A stretch of DNA of 64,000 bases from Tubulanus polymorphus. Lineage: Eukaryota; Animalia; Nemertea. Under the pieces are notes generated by a model. It made no database searches. It was not told the origin of the DNA and saw only the letters and a program-made list of their open reading frames with translations. The position numbers and the translations under genes are program-made. The DNA is taken from the NCBI RefSeq assembly GCF_964204645.1, contig NC_134031.1, positions 11,286,088 through 11,350,087 on the forward strand, read 5' to 3'. Numbering within the stretch: position 1 is the first letter of the stretch; each line of letters starts with the position of its first letter. Shown here piece after piece: positions 1-13,400 of the stretch.

Positions 1-303
1 TTTTTCTGGTATGATAGGTTTATCATCGGAATCATCTTTATCATCAGATTTGAATTTTGATTTATATATTACACTGGATAATATAATAACTGTTACTAAT
101 CCAATTGTAATATATAATTTATAATTACTTCCTGCATTAGAAGAATTAGATGGATTATCATTCGAATCAATATCAGGTGATTCATTTATATCAGTTAATT
201 TCTTTTTCTTAGCTTTTTTTAATTCTGAAGATCTTTTACCTAATTCTCTTGCCCATTTAATTTGTTTCTCGGATCTAGCCTTTTTCTTAACGCTATCACT
301 CAT
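1..303 (-). CDS. Viral small basic protein with one predicted TM helix (runs off window start); homologue of 27531-27879
   Basis: ATG at 303 preceded by TAA. Reads MSDSVKKKARSEKQIKWARELGKRSSELKKAKKKK...YKLYITIGLVTVIILSSVIYK; open frame in this copy. Confidence 0.6.
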   Translation of the reverse strand, partial: MSDSVKKKARSEKQIKWARELGKRSSELKKAKKKKLTDINESPDIDSNDNPSNSSNAGSNYKLYITIGLVTVIILSSVIYKSKFKSDDKDDSDDKPIIPEK

Positions 304-795
304 TTATTTTACTTAATTTTTGTTCTGATTCATTTTCTGTTTCGACGTTTGGTTGTAGTACATCTGTTTCGTTCTTACCTGATTTATATTCCATAGGCTT
401 GATATTCGAAAATGTTATGACGCCAGTAGAAATTAATGTCATAACCGATCCTAATTGAAATGAAGCATATCCAACCCATTTTTGTAATTCAGTCATAACT
501 AAGTAGTCATTTTTCAAATCACTATATAATTTATTTTCATCATCCATTGGTATTAACTGGTTACATAACTTAGAATAACATTTGATAATACCATTCGAAA
601 TAGAATCATTTATTTTAGCTAATCTTGCCTCTTCATAAATCTTAAAATATTTTATTACTTTATCTGGTTTCATAACATCTAATTCTTGAAAAGTAATAGT
701 CTTAGTTAAAAACTCTTTAGTTTTTCCACCGGCAATCAATAGTTCTAGATGATGCTTACAATATAAATAGTATTCATAATCAATATTACAATTAA
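296..795 (-). pseudogene. 5'-truncated copy of the viral hypothetical protein at 27872-28480
   Basis: The protein is almost identical to the C-terminal part of the 202-aa ORF; homology stops near 795. Confidence 0.8.
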
Positions 796-1030
796 CTTAT
801 GCGTATGATTATGCCACGTCATCTGGTTCCGGCGCGCCTTTCTAGAATATTCTACACGTTTCTGATTATGATGTGTCATCTCTATTCAGAGTTCCAGCAC
901 ACCTTTCTAGAATTTTCTCTACACGTTTGTAATATTATGTGTCATAATGTCTCGGCGTCATAGTAACAGCTGTAACAGCTGTGAATTTATAGATTTATTC
1001 CATAGCTCTGTACATTGAATGTATATAGGT

Positions 1031-1282
1031 TCAAATAGAATCATGTTCTAGTATAAACATCAGATCCTTGATATCAAATTCCTCAACGTATTGTTCATTA
1101 TTTGGATCATTATTCCATAATTCAATAAATTTTTTTCCCTTTGTTAACTGTTCTGAATATAACTGTAAATATTCTAGTTTCAATTTATTCTCTAAATGTG
1201 TTTTAGTTTTATTGTGTCTTGCTTTTTGGGATTTATCTACATTGATATTACATGTTGGACAGTAGTACTTATTTGCTTCCAT
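1031..1282 (-). CDS. Small viral C2H2 zinc-finger protein starting inside the TIR
   Basis: MEANKYYCPTCNINVDKSQKARHNKTKTH; homologue of 31058-31285 and of the pPolB N-terminus. Confidence 0.75.
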   Translation of the reverse strand: MEANKYYCPTCNINVDKSQKARHNKTKTHLENKLKLEYLQLYSEQLTKGKKFIELWNNDPNNEQYVEEFDIKDLMFILEHDSI

Positions 1283-1362
1283 TTTAATACTAAATTTTTT
1301 ATTAAAATTGATTTTAGAAGTTCAATGATTTAAATGTTATTCATTTATATGAATATTTTAAG

Positions 1363-1552
1363 AGTAATAGGGGTAATGGGCTTTCAGGTTAAAGGTTGAA
1401 GGGGTGAGTGAGTAAAAAAATGAAAATAACAATAATTTACAGTTGAATTAGGAGTGTGCGCGACTAATTCAACTGTAAATTATTGTTATTTTCATTTTTT
1501 TACGAGCTCGACCCTTCGACCTTTGATCTGAAAGCCCATTACCCCTATTACT
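1363..1552. repeat. 190-bp terminal palindrome (89-bp arms, 12-nt loop)
   Basis: Arm 1363-1451 pairs with arm 1464-1552 with 8 mismatches; loop GAGTGTGCGCGA. Confidence 0.95.
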
Positions 1553-4417
1553 ACCGTTGACTGGCTGCCACCTGTAGAAGAAGTCAGAATCAAGTGAGGT
1601 GAAAGAGACCAGGCACCTAATGTCTATTTCTATTAGGCAAACTTCGGTTATCGAAGTTCATCGACTTTTTGAGAACTTCAGAAACGAATATTATCAGATA
1701 AATATTAAGCACGTTCGCGGTGTCGGACCGTAGTTGTAGATGGTTGCAAACATGAAATCCTACGACCAAACAAGTACCGGTTCAAATTCCTTTGAAATTA
1801 TTACAATTTTACGGCCGTCCAGTACCGGTACCAATGAGATCCAAATAATCAGCATAGGAACATATATGTTATAGCAGTCACAAAGTAAACATTAAAAAAA
1901 ACGAAACCATTTTATAATCTTTCATATCATTTAATTCTAAAAGATAAACCACATTATTTCGCTTATAACAACAATGTAGACACACAACACGCATGAACAA
2001 TCCTAAGCCAGAATGAAATATACATAATGTATATCTATTTTCGTCTGACATCGGTCCAGTTCCACAGTTGTGAGTTAACTCTGAGTTACTTAGAATCAAT
2101 TCATTTCCAATGTTTTAAATCCAGAGAGTCAAATCTTAACTCGGAAGTGAGTCCTCGAGAATGACCCATGGTGTCATCACAAATCCTACGTTTACGTACC
2201 ATCGATTTGGATTCCTTCAGTTAATGCAGCGATACTCTGTATCACTGAATTCGCAAAGCACGTATTGCCTAGGTTCTCCATTATTTGAAACAGTATCGTT
2301 AAGTTGTTGACTGGCGATATAATAAATTATCAAATACTAATTCCCGGTGTTGAAAACCTGGGTCCGGTTCCCTGTCCGACAGTGGGTATCCCCGTGGGAA
2401 AACCCGTTTACTATAGTAAAAATGAAGAAATTCCGCGTTTTTGGAAAATTACGCGATATGACAACACCCATTTCCGGAGCACAATGCCGATTTGTGATAT
2501 TGTTTTTCATGAAAAGAAAATTGTTTTTTGCACTGAAAACTTGAGTCGGTGTTACGGCAAACAGAAAATTATTTTGGGATGGCCTAATTCTGATGTTACA
2601 TATTTCGAAGAAATCTTCAACTTTTCTAAATGCACAAAATTGGCGAAATGTAAATAGGCCAGTTACCTATTCCAATAATCAAGGGCCATTTTAATTTTTA
2701 CTAGGTCTTTCCCTGACTTGAATGATACATAACGACATAGACGAAAACTGTTTGATTTACACGTGATTTAAGTAACTCAACAAGTTTCCTGACTTTTTAG
2801 CTTTCTTTTACAAAATTCCTCGACTTTTTAAAAGAAAACTGCCAGACTTTTCCCTGAATTCCAGGTAGGCGGCCACCCTGATATATTTAGGCCAATCAAT
2901 TGAAAACGACATTAACTCGTCGAAGATCGTGGACAAAAAATCGCATGATAAACAGTGTGTTTCAAAAAATGCGCAACCTCTGAACTAATTATGGCTTTAC
3001 TGGTAGATGTATATGAGTTTAAATTCAGTTTGCATGAAAATGATAAATAGTGTTTGTTAAAAATAAGAAATTATTGGGTTGCCCATAAATGTATGCTTCA
3101 GCACACATTAATGCATTTTTTAACTGACCACTGAAATCCCCAGAACCATTTTCAACATGGTTTTGGGGATTTCAGTGGATTGTTGGTAAACAGGAACAAT
3201 GGTCAATAATAGGACTACATTCCCAACAATTAACCAAGATTTAATTAGCATTTTCTTTGGATTGATCATTACGGTGATCATTATCCCCTAAACCTCCCAT
3301 TTTGTAAGTTACTTGCATGAGTGATTTAAATTGCACTCATGTACGCTGAAACATGCAATTACTTCTGAATCGATATAATCAATTTATTTGAATTTAAATT
3401 CAAATTATGAAAAAGGCCGTAATTTATTGATTTATTAAAGATTAATTATTCATGAAATACATTTTTGGGGGTAAGGTTGATAGACCAGGATGTTTACTCG
3501 AGGATGTAATGTTGAAATGCAAAAATAAAGTCATGAATAGCTTTTCTGGGACTTATCTGGGACTTGTTCAATATCAGAACCATTAGTTACTAATGCAAAG
3601 TTCAGTTGAACATAGAATTTTAGATTTCTCGATTGGGAAATATCAGAAGGAGTGAAATCCAGTGATTTGGTGATTTTAAATCATTTTTTTCAACTGGTAG
3701 CTGTTCATTTTTCAATAGACGTACACAATGGAACAATCTTTAATTTTGGTCCGGCACCATTTTAATGACCATTCGAAAACATGCTAGTGCTTAGCCATGC
3801 GTGACTTATTTTTGCATTTCAACATTTCATTCTCTAGTTAACATCTAGGTCTACTAACCTTACTCTCAATAATCAAAAATTATAGTTAATGAGTTAGTAA
3901 CCTAAAGAATTGGGTAACACATTTTCTGAGACACCCATATTGGAATAGGTAACTACCGCTGGCCTAAAGTCTGACATCGATTTTTTGAGGATATTTCTTA
4001 AAAAACTGTTCAGGATTTTTTTTTTGGTGTAGCCTTACGACTCATATTTGCATATACCTGTAATTCAGTCATTTATCTGCTTGTAGGAATTGAATAGAAG
4101 ATACTGTGTGTATGAATGCTGTAATGGCAAATTAGTTAGTTGTAAAACAGCAGAACGCCATAGACGAAAAAAACGTGATCAAGATCTATACCAGGAAGCC
4201 CTAACTAAAAAAATCAAGGTATAGGTCCTTCCACATTTTTAGCAGATTTTGTGTTTTTTTGCTATTGTACATGTATATGATAAATAACATATTCAAGTAT
4301 ATTGATAAGCATTTATCTCAAAATTGAGTCATACATGCGCAAGTGATGGGTACCTTACTGACTACCTTTTTAAGAAAATACATTGTTTTTGTAAATTGTC
4401 AGATTTTCTTCAAATTC

Positions 4418-4522
4418 TGGACCCAGTTCCACAGCTGTGAGTTAACTCTGAGTTAAAATTAGTTCATTATGAATGAGTTAGCTCTGAGTTAAATCTTAAC
4501 TCAGAACTGTGGAACTGGACCC
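4418..4522. mobile_element. Short palindromic MITE-like repeat (partial copy at ~2053-2150)
   Basis: CCAGTTCCACAG...CTGTGGAACTGG inverted ends with internal GAGTTAACTCTGAGTTA repeats; same 5' sequence at ~2055. Confidence 0.6.
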
Positions 4523-4799
4523 TAAGGATAATTAGAAGAAATCCTGGAAATCAATCGAAATTTTTTCCTATAAGCTGTGAAATAGGTGGGTTAGACCTTG
4601 AAGGTGAAACCCCAGTTTGCCAACTTGGTATGAATCGAATCCATATGAAAAAAAGAGCTTCCATAAAATCCATTCTTTAATGGGTCTACTTGGCAGGTAT
4701 GTGGAGATGCAGAAACAGATAATTATAACGGAAATGGCATAGATGACGGAGATGATAATGGTGGTGGAGATCGAGATTACAGTGATAATGACGGAGATT

Positions 4800-4935
4800 G
4801 TGGTGGTGGTGGTGATGGACATGATGATGATGGTGGAGATGGTGATGATGATGGTAGAGATGGTGATGATGATGGTGGAGATGGTGATGATGATGGTGGA
4901 GATGGTGATGGTGGAGATGGTGATGGTGGAGATGG
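4800..4935. repeat. (GAT/GGT/GGA)n compound trinucleotide microsatellite
   Basis: Direct reading: GATGGTGATGATGATGGTGGA units. Confidence 0.85.
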
Positions 4936-4942
4936 AGCTATT

Positions 4943-6137
4943 ATGCCACTGGTAAACAGACTAGTTCAAAACGTCCATCGAGATGGAGAAATCGTACTGA
5001 TAACAATGCTTGGGGTGCTTTGCAAATGGTATACAAAGTATCCAAATACATCGAAAGAACAGTTTAATTCCTTGATACAGATAGTGAAGGCATTTTTGCC
5101 ACAACCAAATGTCATGCCTAGCAACGTGGAGATGGTGGAACGAATGGTTGAAAAGCTATTTGGGAGCATTAAATCAGAAATCGTTTTCGTCAATGGATGC
5201 AAGATGCTAACGAATGAAATTATAGAATGCCCACATTGCGGTAGAAATAGAGGCGATGGCCAAGTATTCTATTGGATGTCCCTCATACCATATATAAAAG
5301 GTAATAAAATAGAAGGTACAGGACAACATACCCAGTCGATGTAAATGGAAAGTTATAACTTAACTTAAAATTTGGCTATTTTAGGAAAATTGGAAAAAAG
5401 GCTGAAATTTCAGGGAGGCACAAACAAATTAAGAACAGCCTGCTAGCTTGGCCTCAAGTAGAAGTGGGCTGAAAATCCAGGTAGATTTTATTATCCCAGA
5501 TTCCCCGATTTGAAATCCTGAATTCTCCAAAAAATGTATTGGTCAATTATCGGAGTTTCCTGTGATATACATCTGTGATAATTTATCATCACGAGGCCTA
5601 TGCATGAAATTGAAAGGTTCATTGGTCCCAATTTATAAATATCAATAATCCATGTTGGCGAGAAAAATATGAATGATGACTGAGAAACTATCTACTGTAA
5701 ACAGACTTCACTGATGTTTATCATTCTTTACCATTTCAGTTCAATTCAGTCAATTCAATTTTGGCAGGAGAGCACCCGCACATAGAGGAGGCACGTTCCA
5801 AGAAGGCAATCGAATCTACTCATTACATCAAACGGAAATGTGGAAGAACTTATTTGACGATGAATTTGGGAACGAGAATCGAAACCTCGCACTTGGTCTC
5901 TCATTTGACGGAGTAAATGTTTTTGAAAAGACTGTTTGGCCAATAATAGTCACGTTCCTTAATTTGCCACCGCATGAAAGCAAAACATTCGAAAAATCGT
6001 TCTTATATGGGATACTACCAACGAACAATATAAAAAATGTGAACGGCTTTCTAGAACCACTCATAGCAGAATTGAACACCCTGAGCAATGGAGTATACGA
6101 AACGGATGGTGTTGAAAATGACGAATTTCTATTAAAG
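4943..6137 (+). pseudogene. CACTA/En-Spm (tnp2/Transposase_21-like) transposase remnant, intron-split
   Basis: LPQPNVMPS, CPHCG and RNLALGLSFDGVNVF..WPI..FLNLPP..FLEPLIAELNTL match the tnp2-type consensus. Apparent splice sites AAG/GTAAT (~5299), GGCAG/ (~5768) and AAG/GTTAGT (~6137). Confidence 0.75.
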
Positions 6138-8484
6138 GTTAGTTGTCTAATTATAAAGCTTATATGTTTTAGTTCTCTAAAAGTAATTTGGATATATAAG
6201 CGGATCAGGGAAATCAGGGAATCTGGACATTTTCTCATGGAAATAAGGGTATTTTCAGGGAATTTTTAAGATACATAGCCCTCGTGATGATGAATTATCT
6301 GAAACACAGGGCTTGGTTTTATAGACTGGTATTAACTTTAACCCAGGGGTTAACTCAATTGAAAATGAATTGAGTTAACCCCGGGTTAAAGTTCTGTATA
6401 TATACAGTGACCTTATCGGAATGAATAGTTTATTAGCTTCTTTTAATTCAGTTACGATGAAAATAAGAATACGAAATCGTGTTTCGTTCAAATTGAGTTC
6501 GAGGAAGAAAGAGACGGAAGAAGAAGACAGAATGCTGTATTGGTCGAAGGGATAGAAAAATTTACCTACTTGGCCAAGATTTCTAAATTTATAGAACACG
6601 TTCACGAAAGGTGCAGTGCAATCAATGTAAGTTCCGAGTTCCATACACATTACCTACCTCAGATTATCATTACATTCACTTGACAAAGCTCAATACATGT
6701 CTACACCCAGCCCTCAAATGCACAAACATGACTGACATTCTTGAATAAAATTACAGGAAATAGCAATCATCAATTGTTTCGAAGATCCGAGACTGGATGG
6801 GATAACGGGTATGTGGGTTGTGAACCAACAAGTTGTGTACCAACCAACAGCTATATTATTCGAAAAACTGCTTAAGATGCAAATCATAACAGCCGTAACA
6901 GACGAAAACCAGTTATGGGCTCTGGCACTTGCCTAATGAGGTAAGGGTTACACGTTTAATCATCCACTATGGCCCATAGTATGGGCATAGTTACTCATAT
7001 TTTAGTAATTCATACCATTTATTTAAAATCTGATCGAAAATGGTAGCTGCCCATGAATTTTGTGCACTATCACTATTTTAAAACTGGCCATAATAATTGA
7101 TAAAGAATGATCATCAAATTGAATTGTCAGATCCAATCATAGGCCTAAAAGTTATTCAGATGATGCCTTATTCATGGAAAATGTCAGAAAATAAAAGGAT
7201 TGCCAAAAAGCCAGCGCTATTGCACTTTCGTACCCCCTCCCAAAAATCTTTACTTTAGCATATTATTTATCAATGAGGTCTTAACTAGTTAAGCATATTA
7301 TCATTAAAAATAATATATCAATATACTTACGATTAATTTCGATTAAATAAAAAGACATGTCCATGTCCACGTCGCAGCTGACGCCTTTCCTTTCCACGCT
7401 TTCTCGACGCGCTCTCGCTACGGCATGCAACCAATTACCGGTGCGCGCTGATTGGCTCATCCGCGTCTACTTACAGTTATGGTCGAATCCCAATATCAAC
7501 GACGATTTACGTGCTGCATTTTAAGCACGGTTACATTTTGTAAATTAAACACTTCTCCATATATTTTTATTCTGTGTGTCAGCTACGGGCTTGCAGGTCA
7601 TTGTAAATTAATTTAAACACGCAGATTGATTGCTTGTTTGTTTCATGAAAAAATCATGTGTTCTTACAGAAAAGGCGTAGGCCTACGTTGCAGTGGAAAG
7701 AATTGCACCGAAGTGGCGAAGATGTTTGTTATTTCGCGTAATTGGAGGGTTGGGAGGGGTTTCAGGGGTTTACCGAGAGTTTATGTTTAGTATAAATGTT
7801 GACTAAAGAATGGATGCTGTAAAAATAAACAAGTTGAATTAAGTGAAGTACTGATTAAGGTCTCTATTATCATCGTGAATTTTTCTAGAATATGGTGAAA
7901 ATATCATTATTTGAGTCAGAAGAATTCAAAGACAACACGAAACGATGGAAATTTTACCACCACCAAAATTCTCACCACGCGACGGGGGAATTTTGTTCTT
8001 TTGCATATATTGGATATTAATTCATAGCCTCTAAAAATCATTATTCAAGAATTTCACACATATTTTTGAAGAATCTGAATATGTGTAGGCCTCAGTTTTT
8101 GAAAATGGCTCATAGAATTGAGTTGAAACGTTAAGCTACCAGATAGTTTTTTTTTTTATTGTGGGTTTTTGTCTACTATTGATATTGAAAAGCCACTTGT
8201 CTATGGAAACCAAAATGTGTAGGCCTACTGAATATAAAGCCTGATATTCCAATGATGCAACACTTAACACTTGAAAATCCTGATTCATTCGACGTAATCA
8301 GCAAACAATACATTACAGGCTCTCACTGAACAAAACCTAAAAAAATTTCTAATTTCCAATTTCACAAAATTGAAGGATTTTTTAAGGAATATTCTAAGAT
8401 AAATTGTAAACTATTCAAATAATAATCTTTTTATAATCGCACGTCGATTTTGAACGAACGGAGAAGCAGTTTCTCCGTGACAAC

Positions 8485-8696
8485 TGTAACGAGATCCTAT
8501 TCTGCCTGTTCCACAGTAGAAGTTTCCTCCAAATATCGACTCTGAGAGCCCAAAAAACAAGTAAAAGGCGGACAAAAGATATTAACACAATCACCTATTG
8601 TTCTGTATTTTCGAGAGAGAGAGGGTAGCACCCTCCAGTTACAACATAGAAAACGACTGATGGACATATTCCATCACACCACCCCCCCCCCCCCTT
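8485..8696 (-). repeat. Candidate 3' LTR (8485-8678) and polypurine tract of Gypsy A
   Basis: Minus strand GAAG(G)nTGG is followed by TGTGATGG, and a possible TGT...ACA terminus lies at 8485. No second LTR copy is available to confirm it. Confidence 0.4.
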
Positions 8697-9200
8697 CAAC
8701 TTGTTCAAACTCCTATTTGAACAGGAATATATAGTCAAAATATCTACACAAATTTAATTATAGTCCTTATTATAGTATATTAAGCTCCAAACTTCTCGGC
8801 TCTGGATACAGTAGACATCTAACACGGCGTAGTCGTTGTTTCGCATTAGGGTTGCGCCTCGGTGATGATAATACATGCAGCTTTCGTTCTCCACTAATGG
8901 TTTGTGGTTTGTTTTCGGGGCGCACCTAAGCGTAGTGTCTAACCAAAAATATCTATACCATCAAAAGGTAGATACGGCCAATGGACACTGCACTAGGCTT
9001 GCACCTCTGCCACTGTTCCTCGTCCTGGGAAGCTGAAAAATACAATCAAAAGAAAACAGAAAGAAACTGTTCGCAATGGGGTGTGCTACATCTGGGGGGT
9101 CACGTGTGGTAGTATTTGGACTGAATGGCTTTTTGTCACTAACATTACAAAGAATAAGCGACTCCAGGTGAACCATCGTTAGGTACCGAAGGAAACACAT

Positions 9201-10029
9201 TCAGACGCGATCTACCACACGGATTATCTCCCGACAGACATAGTGCATGGCCGACTTTTTGTAGTGGATCCCCACAAAATCAGAATCCGGGATATCTGGA
9301 TGGTCGGCCTGTTGGAACCCGGCAAGGAGGGCGAAGACGTTAACCCGGTTGATGTTGTTTACCCGATTGTGGTCACCACGCCAGCAAGGAGGGACAGGGG
9401 TCTGTAGGTGGAAAAGGGGAACAGAAGGGTGCTTGCCCTTGAGTAGCGCCAAAACTTCCGCAAACTCCTCTGTCGTCCTGCCATAATCGCCGGCATGGTT
9501 CATACCATGCGTGACCACAATCGCTCTTGCCCTAAAGGACACATGTGGGAGGTACTCCAACAAATCACCGAGTCGTTCACCAGGGTAGCAAATCGGAATC
9601 AAACCGCCGCTGGCCTTTAGCCCCGTAAACATTGAGTCTCCCAGCAACACGATTGGTAAGTCCTCAACTGCCCTCTGTTTCAAGTCTTCAAGTTTCGGCC
9701 AGATGTGCGAGGAGTCGCCACCACATTCGGCCAGGGCGTTCACTAGTTCCTGACTGATGTACTCTAATGCAGCTGTGCTCATCTTCGACCGAAAACGTCG
9801 GGTCTTTGTCGTCCTGAGACCGGTTACTACCGCACCGGTTACCATGCGACCAGGATCCTCCACAAACGACTGTTCTACGGCAGAGTTATAAAGGCTGCCC
9901 ATCTTGTCTCTCAATTCGCTGAGGGTCTTGTCCTGTCTGTGAAGGGTGGAACAGACTTCTTTCGAGACCTGCCGTTTAAGGGTCTGTGTCGCCTCGTGGA
10001 GATAACTGGTTTAACTCGATACAGTCCAT
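9201..10029 (-). CDS. SGNH/GDSL esterase-like protein with helical N-terminal part (extra ORF of Gypsy A; probable frameshift near 10005)
   Basis: Block I VLLGDSM, block II YPG, block III THGMN, and a block V-like VGIH (canonical DxxH Asp absent). Confidence 0.75.
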
Positions 10030-10246
10030 GCTAGAAACGATAAACATGAGTTGGCTGCAACGACAAGACTAGATAGCGGAGAATTTGTTCATTCAGATAC
10101 CACCCGAATCATGCAAGGTGGGTGGTCCCAAGCATACCATCAGGAGTTGCAAGGGGTCTGAAATCCTAGTCACCACCAGTTACAAATGATAATAAACTGT
10201 CTAATAAAACTAAGTAATTATATATACAGGGTTATATACAAGGGTA

Positions 10247-10457
<211 letters not shown>

Positions 10458-10465
10458 CCCTTTGA

Positions 10466-13400
10466 TTAAAGGTACCGGCCCATTTCTAACCAGTAGCCTT
10501 TCCTCACGTTAATCCGGGACCGAACTTCGCGACATTTCTGGAAATTTTGGATCAGTTCTATATCAAAAATATTGTTCTGCTCAATCTTGTCCGAGGCGAC
10601 TGGAGGTCCTATAAGTGTGTTTGGATCCATAAAAGGGTCTGAGGCCCTATTTTGGTTGGCTAGCGAAACATCGTTGTTGACTGTACATGAGTTTACGAAC
10701 CGACTAGGGCGCCTGATCCCTACTCTGGGCCTGAGGCTTATGTGCCCCTCAGTGTCTGTAATGTTCAAAGGCCCAGGCTTGGAGCGGTTTTGAGTAGGAG
10801 GCTCGCGATGGTTTTGGGTAGGGTTTGTTACAAGAGGTTCTTGAATAACTGCCGTTGTCTCGGGGTGTGACCTTGTCCAGACACAGTCTTCATCTTCCTC
10901 CCCCTCGTCGTCATTGAGGGTTGGTTGCTCCTCAGGATCGGTCGTTTCAACCGGTTCCTGTCTAGGTTTTTTATGACCTATGGTCACGGTCTCACTAGAC
11001 AGGAAGCACGGTTTCATATCATTGAAGTGCACAACCCGCTTTCTCTTCACTGCCCTCGAATCGGCGCCTGGTTCCAGGACAACCCTGTAATTCACCTCCG
11101 ATAATCTCGGTCACGACGTAAGGCCCTTTCCATTTCCGGTTGAACTTAGATGCCTCGTCCTTTTTTCAAGAAATGGCTCATCAGCCACACGCGATCCCCG
11201 ACCTTGTAACCCCCGCGTTTTGCGAAACGGTCATAGTCTATTTTCTGACGCCTTTGTGCCATCACTAGTCGATCACGAAAAATGTTGTGTGACTTAGTGA
11301 GGCGGTCAGAGAGGTCCATGCCATACTTAGTCCTTGGTTGGTGATCCTCGGGCAAGCCTACGCTGATGTCGATTGGTAGTGACATTTCCTCGGCGTACAT
11401 CAAGCAGAACGGCGTTTCAAGAGTGGAGTGCTGGACGCTTGAACGAAATGCCATCATCTTAGTAGTTCTTAGTAGGTAGTTCTTCGTCCCAGTTTGTTCC
11501 ACACTCATTGACGGCTGTAGTCAGCATGGCTTTCAGGGACTTATTGAAATTTTCCACCTGCCCATTGGCCATAGGATGGTAGGCAGTGGTTTTGGTCTTT
11601 TCAATAGCCAAGATCCTACACATCTCCATGAAAACTTTCGACTTGAAGTTCGCGCCTTTGTACGATTGGATGGATTCAGGGCAGCCGTAACGGGTGACCC
11701 ACTCGTTCACAAGGGCACGTGCCACCACGGAGGCCTTTTCCGTGCGAATTGGCCATGCTTCCGGCCACTTAGTGAATGCATCTTGAGCCACTAGAATTTA
11801 GACGTTGCCGCGGCGGGTTCTCGGTAATGGGCCCACGATGTCTATATGTACACGCTGGAAGCATCGCCCTACCGGTGTAGACATCATTGGGGCTTTTGGT
11901 AGTTTGGACGGGGACTTGCACTCTTGGCAAGTTTTGCAGCCCCGGACAAAATCCCTGACCCTAGCTGAGAGGCCTAATACCCAGAATCTTTCCCTAATTT
12001 TGCACTCTGTCTTTTTGGTACCGAGATGTTTCCCCGCAAATCCCTGATGTACGACTCCTATTGTTCCATCAGTCAGTGAAATGGGTAGTACCACTCGACG
12101 TCTCGTTGAGGTAGCCCCCGGAAGTGGTTTAAGCGCAAGAATGCCATCTAAAAGCTCTAGACGCTCAACCAGACTAGGCTCCTCGCTGTTCTACCACACC
12201 GTTGTAGCCGTTTCTTGTCCTTGACCCCCATCTCCAGCCAAGAACTCCCTAATTTCTGATATTTCGGGGTCATTTACTTGCGCCTCGATTATTTTGTTCC
12301 TGGACAAGCCAGTGGAGCGCCCTGTCAAATCGCCCTGATGTTTTGCAGTCACCTGGTATATAGATGGACCAGTGTCACCACAAGTTGGGCAGTCCTCTGT
12401 CTCTTAGGGATGCGAGACAGGGCGTCTGCGTTCAAATGTTTGCTTCCAGCTCGATGTTCGATCACGAAATCATATTCCGACTGGCGTTCAAGCCACCGAG
12501 CCACTTGGCCCTCAGGGTTTTTGAAGGTTTGTAGCCACTTGAGTGCTGCGTGGTCTGTGCGAACTCTGAATATCCTGCCTAGTAAATGGTGGCGGAAGTG
12601 ATCAATCATGTCAACCAAGGCCAACATTTCGCGTCTGGTGGCACAATAGTTCTCCTCTCCACCTTTCAGCGTGCGGCTACTGTTCTCTCCAGCGCCCTCC
12701 GAGAAATCTGGGAATGCCAGGATAGGGGAGCTGGTCGGCTTTTCTTTCAGTCCGTCAAACGCTAGTTGTTGCTTGGATGTCCAGACGAATGGTTCATTTT
12801 TCCTCGTAAGGCGGTGTAGCGGGGCTGTCAAGTCGGCGAAATCCTTGATGAATTGCGAGTAATATGTCACAAGACCAAGGAAACTTGAGGCGCCGCTGGA
12901 AAAGCGAGCATTTTCTCGGTTTTAGCTTGAGACCGGCTTTCTGGAAGCAACGAAATACCTCTTGTAATCGCGTCAGGTGGGTTGGTAGATCATGACTAAA
13001 CACCACTACATCATCCAGGTAGTTAGCATGTTTTCCATGCAACATCATCCAGTACCATCGCATGACAAACGGCATGACATTCCACTCAAATAGATTGTTT
13101 TCAGTTGTGAATGCGGTCTTATGTTTGTCTCTTACTGATGAACACCCTGCAAGCGCTCGCGCGTTTGGGGCTCTGGCGGACAGGCACCTCGCTGAGGCTT
13201 CCGAAGCGGAGCACTTTGTTACGGTAATCTATGTTGCAGCCATATTTCTCGAAGAAATCACTTCCGAGTAAGCAGTCTTGTGCCAAATCCTCGCTGACGA
13301 TCATGGGGACATGAAATTCTTCAGTTCCAACTCTCAGACATACATCAGCTAATCCACGTAACTCCATTGGCTGACCGGTAGCCGTTGTCACGATTCCTTC

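Larger units (their letters stand above)
1..1552. mobile_element. Right end of a second, diverged Polinton/adintovirus-like copy (continues beyond window start)
   Basis: 1-795 is nearly identical to ~27560-28372, and 1045-1370 to ~31060-31370. The ~2.7 kb between these blocks in the main copy is replaced by ~240 bp of other sequence. It ends ...CCCCTATTACT, i.e. 5'-AGT on the other strand, a Polinton-type terminus. Confidence 0.9.

Noticed and set aside
4568-4955. ORFs 4568-4822 and 4743-4955
   Set aside because: Low-complexity translations of the GAT/GGT microsatellite.
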